DNA of 64,000 nt from a bacterium (GTDB lineage Bacteria; UBA8248). Below, one piece after another: positions 39,844 to 48,837 of the stretch; the first letter of the stretch is position 1; the number at the start of each line of letters is the position of its first letter. The notes under the pieces are model-generated. The model worked only from the letters and a program-made list of their open reading frames with translations, had not been told where the DNA came from and searched no databases. Position numbers and translations under genes: made by a program. Location of the stretch: assembly GCA_965207065.1 (NCBI GenBank), contig OZ242260.1, forward strand, positions 2,944,001-3,008,000, written 5' to 3'.

Positions 39844-39900
39844 AGCCTGTGCGATGAGGTGTTCCGCTCTTCATCGCGCCGGTTCCATCCGTTGAGGGAA
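39844..39900 (+). repeat. 57-bp direct repeat, right island boundary (leader/RBS of the CoA-transferase gene)
   Basis: 52/57 identical to 29958-30014; ends in gagggaa 2 bp before the ATG at 39903. Confidence 0.92.
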
Positions 39901-39902
39901 AG

Positions 39903-41108
39903 ATGTCCGAATCGCAAGCCGCAGCACCTTTGAGCGGGTTCCGGGTGCTGGATTTCACCCAGGTCGTCGCGGGCCCTTTCTGCGCCACGATGCTGGCCGA
40001 CATGGGGGCCGAGGTGGTGAAGATTGAGCGCCCAGGCCACGGGGACGATACGCGCCGCATCACCCGCTACAAGGACCGCGAGGAGCACGAAGATTATTTT
40101 TATGCGAACAACCGCTCAAAAAAGAGCATCGCCATCAACATGAAGACCGAAGCGGGCAAGGGCGCGGTGCGCGCTCTGGCGGGCGAGGCCGATGCGATCA
40201 TCGAGAACATGGCGCCCGGAAAGCTGGCCGAACTCGGCTTGGGCTTTGAGGATGCCCGCGCGGCGAATCCCGGAATCGTCTACTGCTCGCTCTCGGGCTT
40301 CGGGCAGAGCGGCCCCTACCGCGACCGGGTGGGGCTCGACCCGATACTGCAGGCCGTCTCGGGCGTCATGAGCGTAACGGGCAACGAGGACCCCACCCAG
40401 ATAGGCGCGCCGCTCGCCGACGTGCTGGCGGGCATGTTCTCCGCCTACGCCATCGTGAGCGCGCTCCACGCGGTCAAGCGCGAGGGGGAGGGCCGCTACA
40501 TCGACGTGAGCATGCAGGACGCCATGGTCGCCGCCCTGGGGCCGCGCATGGGCGAGACGCTCCAGGCGGGCGTTTCCCCCGGGCGGCACGGCAACGAGAA
40601 CCCCATGCGGGTGCCCGCGAACACCTACCGCACGAGCGACGGAGAGTACGTGACCGTCATCGTGCAGCACGACGGCTTCTGGCCGGGCTTTTGCCGCGCG
40701 CTGGAGGTGGAGGACTGGCTGGAGGATGAGCGATTTTCGACGGCGCGGGCGCGCGTGGCGAACCGCGACGCCATCAACGAGCGGGTGTCCAAAATTTTCG
40801 CATCGCGCACAATGGCCGAGTGGGAACAGCGCCTGGAAGCCGAGCGCGTGGGCTTCTCCGCCGTGAACGACTACGAGCGCGCGCTCGCAGACCCCCAGGT
40901 CGAGCACCGGGGCCTCATCAGGCGCGTCGAGCATCCCGTATCGGGAGAGATTCGCGTGGTGGGCGCGCCGTGGATCATGAGCGGGGCGCAAGCCGAAGTG
41001 AAGCCGCCGCCCCTGCTCGGCCAGCATACCGCCGAGGTGCTTGAGCAGTGGCTCGGCTGGCCGGAAGAGGAAATCGCGCGTTTCATGGTAGGGGAGGGGG
41101 TAAGGTAA
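39903..41108 (+). CDS. CoA-transferase family III (CaiB/BaiF)
   Basis: PLSGFRVLDFTQVVAGP, LADMGAEVVKIERP, NRSKKS, SGFGQSGPY, PPLLGQHT. Confidence 0.93.
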   Translation: MSESQAAAPLSGFRVLDFTQVVAGPFCATMLADMGAEVVKIERPGHGDDTRRITRYKDREEHEDYFYANNRSKKSIAINMKTEAGKGAVRALAGEADAIIENMAPGKLAELGLGFEDARAANPGIVYCSLSGFGQSGPYRDRVGLDPILQAVSGVMSVTGNEDPTQIGAPLADVLAGMFSAYAIVSALHAVKREGEGRYIDVSMQDAMVAALGPRMGETLQAGVSPGRHGNENPMRVPANTYRTSDGEYVTVIVQHDGFWPGFCRALEVEDWLEDERFSTARARVANRDAINERVSKIFASRTMAEWEQRLEAERVGFSAVNDYERALADPQVEHRGLIRRVEHPVSGEIRVVGAPWIMSGAQAEVKPPPLLGQHTAEVLEQWLGWPEEEIARFMVGEGVR

Positions 41109-41134
41109 GGGAGAGATAAAAAAAACCTTGGATT

Positions 41135-41155
41135 TGATAGCATAATATGCTAGCA
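41135..41155. promoter_or_regulatory. Inverted-repeat operator upstream of the toxin-antitoxin pair
   Basis: TGATAGCA-taata-TGCTAGCA (7/8 inverted); resembles FitA-type half-sites. Confidence 0.6.
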
Positions 41156-41205
41156 TTTTCTTGGTATATGTAACAGCTGCATGTAGAAGAGAAGGAGGCT
41201 ATGCG

Positions 41206-41463
41206 ATGAGCGCTACGATTACCGTTCGAAATATGGATGATGGGGACAAGGCCTGGGTCAGGCGTGAGGCGCAGCGTATAGGGGTCTCGATGGAGGAGTT
41301 CGTTCGCCGTCTCATCCACGAAAAGCGGGAAAAGGATGAAAGCCGCGCCAAGCCCTCCGAGATATTCAAGCGATATTTTGGCCCTGAATATGGCGTTGAA
41401 CTGCCGCCGCGTGCCCGCTACGGCTATCGCCCGCTCGACCTGAGCGATGGAGAGGAGGCGTGA
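41206..41463 (+). CDS. FitA-like ribbon-helix-helix antitoxin
   Basis: MSATITVRNMDD...RREA...GVSMEEFVR; RBS aggagg; 4-bp overlap with the PIN gene. Confidence 0.85.
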   Translation: MSATITVRNMDDGDKAWVRREAQRIGVSMEEFVRRLIHEKREKDESRAKPSEIFKRYFGPEYGVELPPRARYGYRPLDLSDGEEA

Positions 41464-41909
41464 GCGGCCCTTTTGCCTATTTGCTTGACACCAACGTCGT
41501 TTCGGAAATGATGCGCCCGAACCCGGAGCCTCGCGTTGTGACGTGTATCGACGCAATTGCCGAAGAGGGAATAGCTCTCGCTTCCATCACCGTGTGGGAA
41601 ATACTCGACGGCATCGGTCGTCTCCCTCCGGGCCGACGCCGCGAGGAGCTTGCCGAGCGTTTTCAAGGGGTTCTCGAAGACCTCTTCGAGGATAGCGTGC
41701 TCGATTGGGCTTTCAGCGACGCTAAGGTCTGCGCCCGGGTGATGGAGGAAAAACGCAGGCGGGGCGAATCGCTGGACGACCACTTGCCGGATGCCATGCT
41801 CGCCGGAATGGCCCTTGCCCGAGGGCTTTCACTCATCACGCGAAATGAGAGAGATTTCCGCAATACCGGCGTCGCCCTCATCGACCCGTGGGTTCGCTCG
41901 CAGACTTGA
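41460..41909 (+). CDS. vapC: PIN-domain toxin (VapC/FitB-like)
   Basis: YLLDTNVVSE, ITVWE, DAMLAG.A, LITRNERDF, IDPW. Confidence 0.92.
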   Translation: MSGPFAYLLDTNVVSEMMRPNPEPRVVTCIDAIAEEGIALASITVWEILDGIGRLPPGRRREELAERFQGVLEDLFEDSVLDWAFSDAKVCARVMEEKRRRGESLDDHLPDAMLAGMALARGLSLITRNERDFRNTGVALIDPWVRSQT

Positions 41910-41984
41910 TAGTTCGCGCAATGTGACGAGTGAAAACGTGCGGCTGAGGGGAAAGAGATTAGTACATCTCTGCATGGCTGAATC

Positions 41985-43543
41985 TCAAAACGCCGCGGTT
42001 ACGCCGACCATGAAAACTTCCGAGCGGGCGGTGGCGTCGCTGTGGGTGCGATCGGGAAGCACTTCTCCCTTTTCATCCTTGATGTTTCCACCGCTGATGA
42101 AGTTGAGCGGCGTATAGCCGTCAATTTGGATGTATTCGGCAAAAACTTTCACGCTGGGCCGCACGAACCATCCCAGACCCAGGACGAGTTGATCCTGGCG
42201 CTCCCAGGGCGCACCCTCCGCTCCAGCGCTGAATCGGCTGAATTCGACGGAGAAATCCACCGGGCCGAAACCGGAGTCGTAACGGTATCTTGTCCCGACC
42301 CCGAAACTCGTTACTTTGCCGGCCGGGAATTGGGGAATGGCGGGGTTGAAGGTCGCGGGCCACTCGTCCGTCGTCCGGGCGAACTCCCCCTGCAGAGTGA
42401 AGTCGCCGTAAATGAATTTCCCGTAAACGCCGAAAGCCGGGTTGTTGTCCTTACAGGGTGCGAAGTGGACGACCGGAAAATCCTGGCAATAGGCCGTCCC
42501 GCGCAGATATGAACCTCCCAGGAGTAACGAGCCGACCGAGCCCAGCCCGAGCGTGTAATTCGCATCCACGGCGAAGTTGTTCAGCCTGCCCGGGACGGCG
42601 GTGCCGTCCACCGGGGTGTTCGCGGCCCGGAACTGCGCCCCTCCCTGTATGCCCATGAAGGAGAGATTCAGGCCCTCGCCCGCGTAGCCTGCCCGCACGC
42701 CGTTGGCCAGTCCCCCGAAGGCGTGCCAGACGCTCGACGTGGTGAACGGGCTGACACTATCTGTGAGGCCGAATGGCACCGCCATTTTGCCGAGGCCGGC
42801 GTAGAGAGGCGACCTGTCGAGGTCCTCGAGGAGGACATAGGCGCGCCGCACCTGAAGCTGGTTGCGTTCCAGGTACGTATTCGTGCCCTTGCCGAAGCTC
42901 TGTTCCGGATCGTAGAGGATCTCTGCGTTCGTGGTAATCCAGTCGCCGAGCGCGCCCGTGAGTCCCAGTTGCACCGAATGGATCGCTGCTTCCGAGACTG
43001 TGCGCCCCACCTGATTGGAAGCGGTCGGGTGGCGCATCAGGTATCCGAACTTATCGTCCCTGTTGCTCGACTGGTAGTTGGTGATCGCACTGACGGCGCC
43101 ATGTAAATGCAAGCTGTCCAGGGCGAGCACGCCCATTTTCTATCTGTCGAGTATGAGGCGTTGCTTGCGATTGACGTTCGTCGTGGGCTCTAGGATTTCG
43201 TAGCCGAATTTCGGGTCGAATTTCACGAATTCCGCTTTGGCGCCTTTCGGCGCAGGTGCTCCGGCCCGGGGGGCACCTATCTTGCGTTCGGCCTTGAGCA
43301 GTTCGATTTCCTCGCGGAGTTTCCGGTTATCCGCTTCGAGTTTTCGAGGCGCTTCATCACACTATCGAGGGGATATGCCAGAGCCACGCCCGTCGTCAGG
43401 CACAGCGCCATTGCCATGGCGACGCTCAGGAGAAGAGCAGGTGTCCTTGGATACGCGAGCCGTGGAAAGCGGCGCTGTTGAGTCCGGTAGGCTGCGTGGA
43501 GGTGGCTCCCGAACCGCCAGGCAACTCGTGATGGGAGCAGCAA
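41985..43543 (-). pseudogene. Outer-membrane beta-barrel (porin-like) gene broken by a frameshift and a stop
   Basis: Signal peptide (LLLSVAMAMALCLTTGVALA), coiled coil LEADNRKLREEIELLKAE reached only via a frameshift at the T4 run 43341-43344, in-frame TAG at 43140-43142, then a 383-aa amphipathic-strand domain ending in Phe (GVTAAF). True start uncertain. Confidence 0.75.
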
Positions 43544-43848
43544 CGCCGCTTAAGCGACGAAAAGCGTTGTATAGAAAAGAACATCGCCACGATCCTGTCC
43601 TTGCCTGGCGGCGTGTCGGGACCAGGAGAATATTATTTTTGCTCGCGAAGAGAGATCAAGGGAAATTGCGTAAAGATTTCGTAAAGGAAACGCCGCGCGT
43701 GTGAATCGCGCCGGGAAGGCGGGAAGTTGCGGCGCGGACCGGAATTCCTGACAATGACTGAAATTCATAAACGGAGGTAAGCTGAAGATTATCCCCAAAA
43801 CGCGTTCCTTGAACCGTTACGGCTCCGTTTAAACTATAGGAGGGAGCC

Positions 43849-44223
43849 ATGATCTTTCAGAAGTGGGACGAAATCCCCAGGATGCGCATCATCCACGAGA
43901 ACATCCCGCCCGAAAGCGTCATCGAACTCCAGATGATTGTGGGCGAGAACCAGACGCTCGCGCTCTGGACGTTTTCGGAGGGTTCGGAAGTCGCTTCTCA
44001 CAAACATCCCCACGAGCAGATGTCCTTTATCCAGCGCGGGCGGTTTCTGTTCCGCGTCGAGGGCGAGGAGGAGCGCGAGGTGGGCGCGGGCGAGGTGGTT
44101 GTCTGTAAATCGAACGTCGAGCACTGGCTGAAAGCGCTCGAGGACGGCTCCCAGGACCTTCAGATCTTCAGCCCCCGGCGGGATGACCTGCTGGAGTTCC
44201 GGGGGGCGTATATTCCGGTGTGA
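43849..44223 (+). CDS. Cupin domain protein
   Basis: HKHPHEQ...G...F.VEG...G......N.EH metal motifs; RBS aggagg. Confidence 0.9.
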   Translation: MIFQKWDEIPRMRIIHENIPPESVIELQMIVGENQTLALWTFSEGSEVASHKHPHEQMSFIQRGRFLFRVEGEEEREVGAGEVVVCKSNVEHWLKALEDGSQDLQIFSPRRDDLLEFRGAYIPV

Positions 44224-44338
44224 GGGGGAGGGGGCGTTCGACGAAAGAAAGTGGTGGACTTGAAGCATAGATGAGCCTCTTGCTTGCTTCCTCCGGGGAC
44301 GCGATTCGGTCGGCCGCGAGTATTGAAAGCAATGCCCG

Positions 44339-45256
44339 TCAGGTCGAGACGGCGTGCACCATTCGCCTGGGCAGGCGTCCATCGATGAACAACAGTCCCA
44401 GCCCGATTGTAGCGGCGCCGATGAGCTCGTGTATGAAGATCGGCTCGCCCAGGAACAGGTTCCCGAGAAGAAGCGCCGTCACCGGAATCAGCAGTGTCAC
44501 CAGCATTACGTTGCTTGCGCCTGCGCGCGATAGAATCTCGAAGAACACGATGTAGGCGATAGCCGTTCCGAAGAGGGCGAGACCACCGAGCGCCAGCCAG
44601 ATCTTTGCGCCGGGCAGCGGCAGCGTCCAGGGGCGATCGACGACCGCGACCACTGCAACCATGATCAGGGTCGAAGAGAGAAGCTGGCAGGTCGCCGACT
44701 TGAGCGGCGGCATGTTTCTCAGATGCCGACGCCCCCAGAGCGCGGCGAACGCGTAGCTCAATGCCCCGGCGAGGCATAGCCCGATCCCCAGGAGATGAGT
44801 GTCGGCAGCTGCGTCGCCCGACCAGCTGATGATCGCCACTCCCGCTACGCCCAGGAGCACACCGATTACGCTGTTCCACGTCAAACGCTCCTCGCGGAAC
44901 GACGCCATCACAATTGCCGTGAACAGCGGCGTCATGCCAGTCATGATCGACGTAAGACCGGAGCTGATCATGGTCTGTCCGGTGTTCAACAGACTGAACG
45001 GCAGAACGTTGATGAACAGGCCCATCACGATAAACGGCATCCAGTCGCGCAGGCCGCGCGGCAGAGAATAACCCAGAAAACGGAATGGAAAGAGGAGAAT
45101 CAATCCCGCCATGCCGACACGGGCCAGAACGATGGTCAATGGCGGCAGTTCGGTCACCGCGACGCCTACGAAGAAGAATGCGCCGCCCCAAAGAACCGAC
45201 AGCAGTACCAGCAGGCTCCATTCCGCGCTGTTCATCGCCTTGGGTTCTGACGCCAT
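44339..45256 (-). CDS. EamA/DMT family transporter
   Basis: LWGGAF, LPP...R, TPLFT, TAIAY, VTLLIPV, LGE; ~10 TM segments. Confidence 0.9.
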   Translation of the reverse strand: MASEPKAMNSAEWSLLVLLSVLWGGAFFFVGVAVTELPPLTIVLARVGMAGLILLFPFRFLGYSLPRGLRDWMPFIVMGLFINVLPFSLLNTGQTMISSGLTSIMTGMTPLFTAIVMASFREERLTWNSVIGVLLGVAGVAIISWSGDAAADTHLLGIGLCLAGALSYAFAALWGRRHLRNMPPLKSATCQLLSSTLIMVAVVAVVDRPWTLPLPGAKIWLALGGLALFGTAIAYIVFFEILSRAGASNVMLVTLLIPVTALLLGNLFLGEPIFIHELIGAATIGLGLLFIDGRLPRRMVHAVST

Positions 45257-45629
45257 CTGTTTCGCTCCCATTTCCTTGTGTCCGTCATCGAGTAGCGCGG
45301 ACGGGCATGGCGTACTCATCGAGCCGATTGTGATGCAGGCGGGCACGCCGAGTCCGCAAGCTCGATGACATCTTCGCGGCTACAGATATCAGGGTCGTCG
45401 GACATTATCACATCGAGGCCGCGCGTATATATTCCGCCGCAGCCTAAGGCCCGGACGAAACCATTCGCCATGCAGCATGGCTTCATTTTCATCGACCATA
45501 TCAGCGCGTGGCCTTGCGTACCCGCATCATTGTCGGGTGGTAAGCGCAACGAAGCGCCGGGAAAACGAATCGTGTAGAATAACTGTCTCTACTCAACACA
45601 GACGATTACAGGAAAAGGGGAGACACTCC

Positions 45630-46394
45630 ATGCTCCGCCGATTGATTTTCATGGCTCTTGCGATCTGCCTGTTCGCTTCCTCCGCACTCGCCGCTCCGCT
45701 GCACGATGCGGCGCTGAAGGGCGATGCGGCGCAGATCAAAACCCTGCTCGCAGGCGGTGCGGACGCCGACGAGCGGGACCGCCTGGGCATGACGCCGATA
45801 TTCTATGCGGCCATCAAGGGGAGCGCTTCAGGGATAAAAGCCCTGGCCGGGGGCGGCGCGGACGTGAACGCGCGGGACAAGATCGGCAAGGCGCCGCTTG
45901 ACTGGGCGGCGTTCCGGGGGCACGGGGCGGCGGTGGCGGCGCTGATTCGCGCGGGGGCGAAGCCCGACGGGAGGGACAAGGCTGGCCTGACCGCGCTTCA
46001 CGGCGCAGCGATGAAAGGAAGCGCGGCGGGGGCCCGCGCCCTGCTGGCCGGCGGGGCGGACGTGAACGCGATAGCGCCGAACGGATTGACGCCGCTTCAC
46101 GTGGCGGCCGGAAACGGGCGCGCGAAGGCGGTGGAGATTCTCCTCAAGGGCGGAGCGCAGATAGAGGTGAAAGACAAAAAACACGGAAAGACGTCGCTGC
46201 ACTGGGCGGTATTCGGCGGCGGGGCGGACGCCGCCCGGGTCCTGCTCGATGCGGGCGCAGACGTGAACGCGAAAGATGGCCGAACGCAGACGCCCCTGGC
46301 GGCGGCCCGGCTTCGGCTCAAAGCGCCAGGCCCGAACAAGGAGCCGTTCCAGAAGGTAATCGAGGTGCTCAAGGCCCGTGGGGCGAGGGAGTGA
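45630..46394 (+). CDS. Secreted ankyrin-repeat protein
   Basis: Signal peptide MLRRLIFMALAICLFASSALA, then ~6 repeats G.TPLH.AA..G......LL..GADVNA. Confidence 0.93.
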   Translation: MLRRLIFMALAICLFASSALAAPLHDAALKGDAAQIKTLLAGGADADERDRLGMTPIFYAAIKGSASGIKALAGGGADVNARDKIGKAPLDWAAFRGHGAAVAALIRAGAKPDGRDKAGLTALHGAAMKGSAAGARALLAGGADVNAIAPNGLTPLHVAAGNGRAKAVEILLKGGAQIEVKDKKHGKTSLHWAVFGGGADAARVLLDAGADVNAKDGRTQTPLAAARLRLKAPGPNKEPFQKVIEVLKARGARE

Positions 46395-46402
46395 GGACTG
46401 CT

Positions 46403-46593
46403 CCCCTAGATGCGGAAAGGGGACACCTCTCTCGACTGATGAAAGCAACCCCCCTGTATCCCCCCTTGACAGGGGGGTAAAAGCGATGTCCCGACGAGGG
46501 GGGATGGAAGAAAAGCCCCTCTACAGACGTGATCGCCCTCAGCCAACGGTTAAAATGCCACCTGTAGGGGGGCAGGTCGCGACCTGTCCCTAC
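46403..46593. repeat. Repeat cluster: CCCCCTTGACAGGGGGG unit plus GTAG palindrome
   Basis: 46442-46520 matches 52378-52453; gtaggggggcaggtcgcgacctgtccctac (46564-46593) matches 21532-21559. Confidence 0.8.
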
Positions 46594-46838
46594 GTAGAGG
46601 ATTCCCCCTGCGGGAGTTGTTGGTTTTGCTCGTCATTCCCGCTCGATACAGGTGGCGTTTCCGCCCGCCGGTGGAAAAATTCGCCCCAGGGGCTGATTTT
46701 TCTTTGGGGTGCGCATCGAGTTTTGATAGGCTTTCCTTAAGGCACACTAATTTGAAATTGCTCTTGTCACTTCCGGGCATCGCGCCCTTCACGTATCGCT
46801 TGCAGGTTCTCCGGACGGGGGCCGGAAAGGAGTCGAAA

Positions 46839-47270
46839 ATGAGCAGAGGAATGATCTATGGATTTTTCGCTTTCGTACTGGCGGCGTCTCTGGCGTTTGC
46901 GGGCCACGCGCAAGGGGCCGAGAAGAAGGAGATGAAAAAGGGCGTCTGGTTCATCGAGCCCAAAGACGGCGCGCAGGTGAAAAGCCCCGTCAAGGTCGTG
47001 ATGGGGATGAAAGGCATGACCATCAAGGCTTCGGGCAAGGTGGTGAAGGGCACCGGGCATCACCACGTCCTCCTGAACCAGGGTCCCATGCGAAAAGGCA
47101 AGGTGATCCCCACCGACAAAATTCACTTACACTACGGCAAGGGGCAGACGGAGGCCTCCATCAAGCTGGCGCCGGGGGACTACAAGCTCACGATGCAGTT
47201 CGCCGACGGCCTGCACCGCTCCTTCGGGAAGAGGTGGGCGGCGACCATCTCCATCAAGGTGCTGCCCTAA
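46839..47270 (+). CDS. DUF4399 domain exported protein
   Basis: Signal peptide; FIEPKDG..VKSPV.V, TGHHHVLL, HLHYGKGQTE, LAPG.YKLT.QFADGLH. Confidence 0.85.
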   Translation: MSRGMIYGFFAFVLAASLAFAGHAQGAEKKEMKKGVWFIEPKDGAQVKSPVKVVMGMKGMTIKASGKVVKGTGHHHVLLNQGPMRKGKVIPTDKIHLHYGKGQTEASIKLAPGDYKLTMQFADGLHRSFGKRWAATISIKVLP

Positions 47271-47459
47271 GGTATCGCCCGGTTGGCAGCCTCGGCTTCG
47301 GGGAAATGGTCGAATTTGACACCACTGCGCGTCCTTGGTGTAATCCAGGAAATCCTCTTTTTTCCCGACGCCGGACATAGGAGCGTAAATATCGAATCCG
47401 GCATTGCCCCAAGGAACCTGGAAGATTTCTGTCCATATCCATAGATAGGGAGATGTCAG

Positions 47460-48749
47460 ATGACGAGACCAAGTTCGAGACGTGATTTCCTGAAGCTCGC
47501 AGCTGCAGGCGCCGTGACCGCCAGTACGGGGCCGTTTATCCTCCGTGAGGCGTGGGCGATGGCCCCCATCAAGATCGGTCACGTCAACACGTTCAGCGGG
47601 CCGCTCGCCGCACTCGGGGAGCAGGGGCGCTGGGGACTGAATGTGGCGGTCAACCGGATCAACAATGCGGGCGGAATCAACGGCCGCAAGATTCAGGTTA
47701 TCGAGCGCGACGACGCCTTCAAGCCCGCGCAGGCCGTGCGCGAGGTCGAGAAGCTGATCCTGAAGGAAAAAATCGACGCGCTCACGGGAACATCGAGCAG
47801 CGGCATCTGCGTCCAGCTATCGCCGGTGGTGAAGCGCTACAAGACGCTCTACGTCCTGGGTACGGGGTGTGAGACGACCAACCTGACCGGCGGCAAGGTG
47901 GCCGCCTGCCCGAAACACGTGTTCCGGCCCTACAACACGACGAAAAGCCAGGCGATCGCCATGGCGCCGTGGGCGATCAATAACGGGGTCAAGACCGCGA
48001 CGGGGCTTTATATGGACTTCGCCTGGGGCCAGTCGGTCGCGTTCGATTTCCGCGACGAGTTCAAGCGGCTGGGCGGCAAGTGGATCGACCCCGTGCCGGT
48101 TCCCCTCAAAACGGCGGATTACATCGCGTATGTGAACCGGCTCTCGCGCGATGCCGATGCGATCGTGATGGGGATGTCGGGCGGCGCCGCGATCAAGTCG
48201 ATGATCGCCCTGGGCGATGCGGGCCTCACGAAAAAGGCCAAGGTCGTCGGACCGGCTTCGGTGTGCGACGTGAACACCATCACCCAGCAGGGCAAGAGCG
48301 CCGTCGGCGGGTTCTATCTGCACCGCTATTCGCCCGTCAACGACCTCAAGGGCTCGCCGTTCGACAACGCCCCGAACCACTCGTTCCGCGGCGAATTCAT
48401 GAAGCTGAGCAAGGGCGTATTGCCGAGCGGATTCGCCCAGGCGCAGTTCACGGGCATGAACGTCATCAAATCGGCGATGCAGGCCGTCAAGTACAAGAAC
48501 AAGAAGGAAGACACGGACAGGATGATTACATGGCTCGAAGGCGGCAAGACGCCGATGGGTCCGGGACGAGTATTCTCCCAGGGCAGCGACTTCCCGCAGG
48601 GCGACATCTACCTGCGCAGCACCGATCACCAGGGATTCGTCGATTTCTATATGACGACCGTGGACGAGAACCTTCATTTCAAGATCATCGGCGACAAGGT
48701 GCCGATGAAGACGACGCTCTACGACGCCAAATTCAGCAGTTGCGGCTAA
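47460..48749 (+). CDS. Tat-exported branched-chain-type ABC substrate-binding protein
   Basis: SRRDFLK twin-arginine signal; IKIG....SGPLA..G, INNAGGINGRKI, DFAWG. Confidence 0.9.
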   Translation: MTRPSSRRDFLKLAAAGAVTASTGPFILREAWAMAPIKIGHVNTFSGPLAALGEQGRWGLNVAVNRINNAGGINGRKIQVIERDDAFKPAQAVREVEKLILKEKIDALTGTSSSGICVQLSPVVKRYKTLYVLGTGCETTNLTGGKVAACPKHVFRPYNTTKSQAIAMAPWAINNGVKTATGLYMDFAWGQSVAFDFRDEFKRLGGKWIDPVPVPLKTADYIAYVNRLSRDADAIVMGMSGGAAIKSMIALGDAGLTKKAKVVGPASVCDVNTITQQGKSAVGGFYLHRYSPVNDLKGSPFDNAPNHSFRGEFMKLSKGVLPSGFAQAQFTGMNVIKSAMQAVKYKNKKEDTDRMITWLEGGKTPMGPGRVFSQGSDFPQGDIYLRSTDHQGFVDFYMTTVDENLHFKIIGDKVPMKTTLYDAKFSSCG

Positions 48750-48837
48750 TCTGGCTGCGTGAAGAAAATCGCCTCCCTTTCACCCGCTCCCGGGTCGGGA
48801 GGGGGGCGATTTCCGCATGCGGTATGGAAGGTTCCGA

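Larger units (their letters stand above)
29958..39900. mobile_element. Putative genomic island/cassette downstream of tRNA-Leu (no integrase seen)
   Basis: Bounded by the 57-bp direct repeat, starts 56 bp after the tRNA CCA, has a truncated gene remnant at its right end. Confidence 0.6.

Noticed and set aside
43140-43142. Pyrrolysine or programmed read-through of the in-frame TAG in the beta-barrel gene
   Set aside because: A separate frameshift lies 200 bp upstream and no pyl genes are in view; decay or sequencing error is simpler.
43660-43790. Cobalamin riboswitch upstream of the beta-barrel gene (gggaag, ccgcaac fragments)
   Set aside because: The fragments lie on opposite strands or in the wrong order, and no B12 box is present.
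45316-45549. 77-aa ORF upstream of the EamA gene
   Set aside because: Could be a gene remnant, but I cannot support any family assignment.
29880-46000. Classical attR (duplicated tRNA-Leu 3' end) and an integrase
   Set aside because: No second ttcgagtccggccccgggtacca and no tyrosine or serine recombinase motifs were found by eye.
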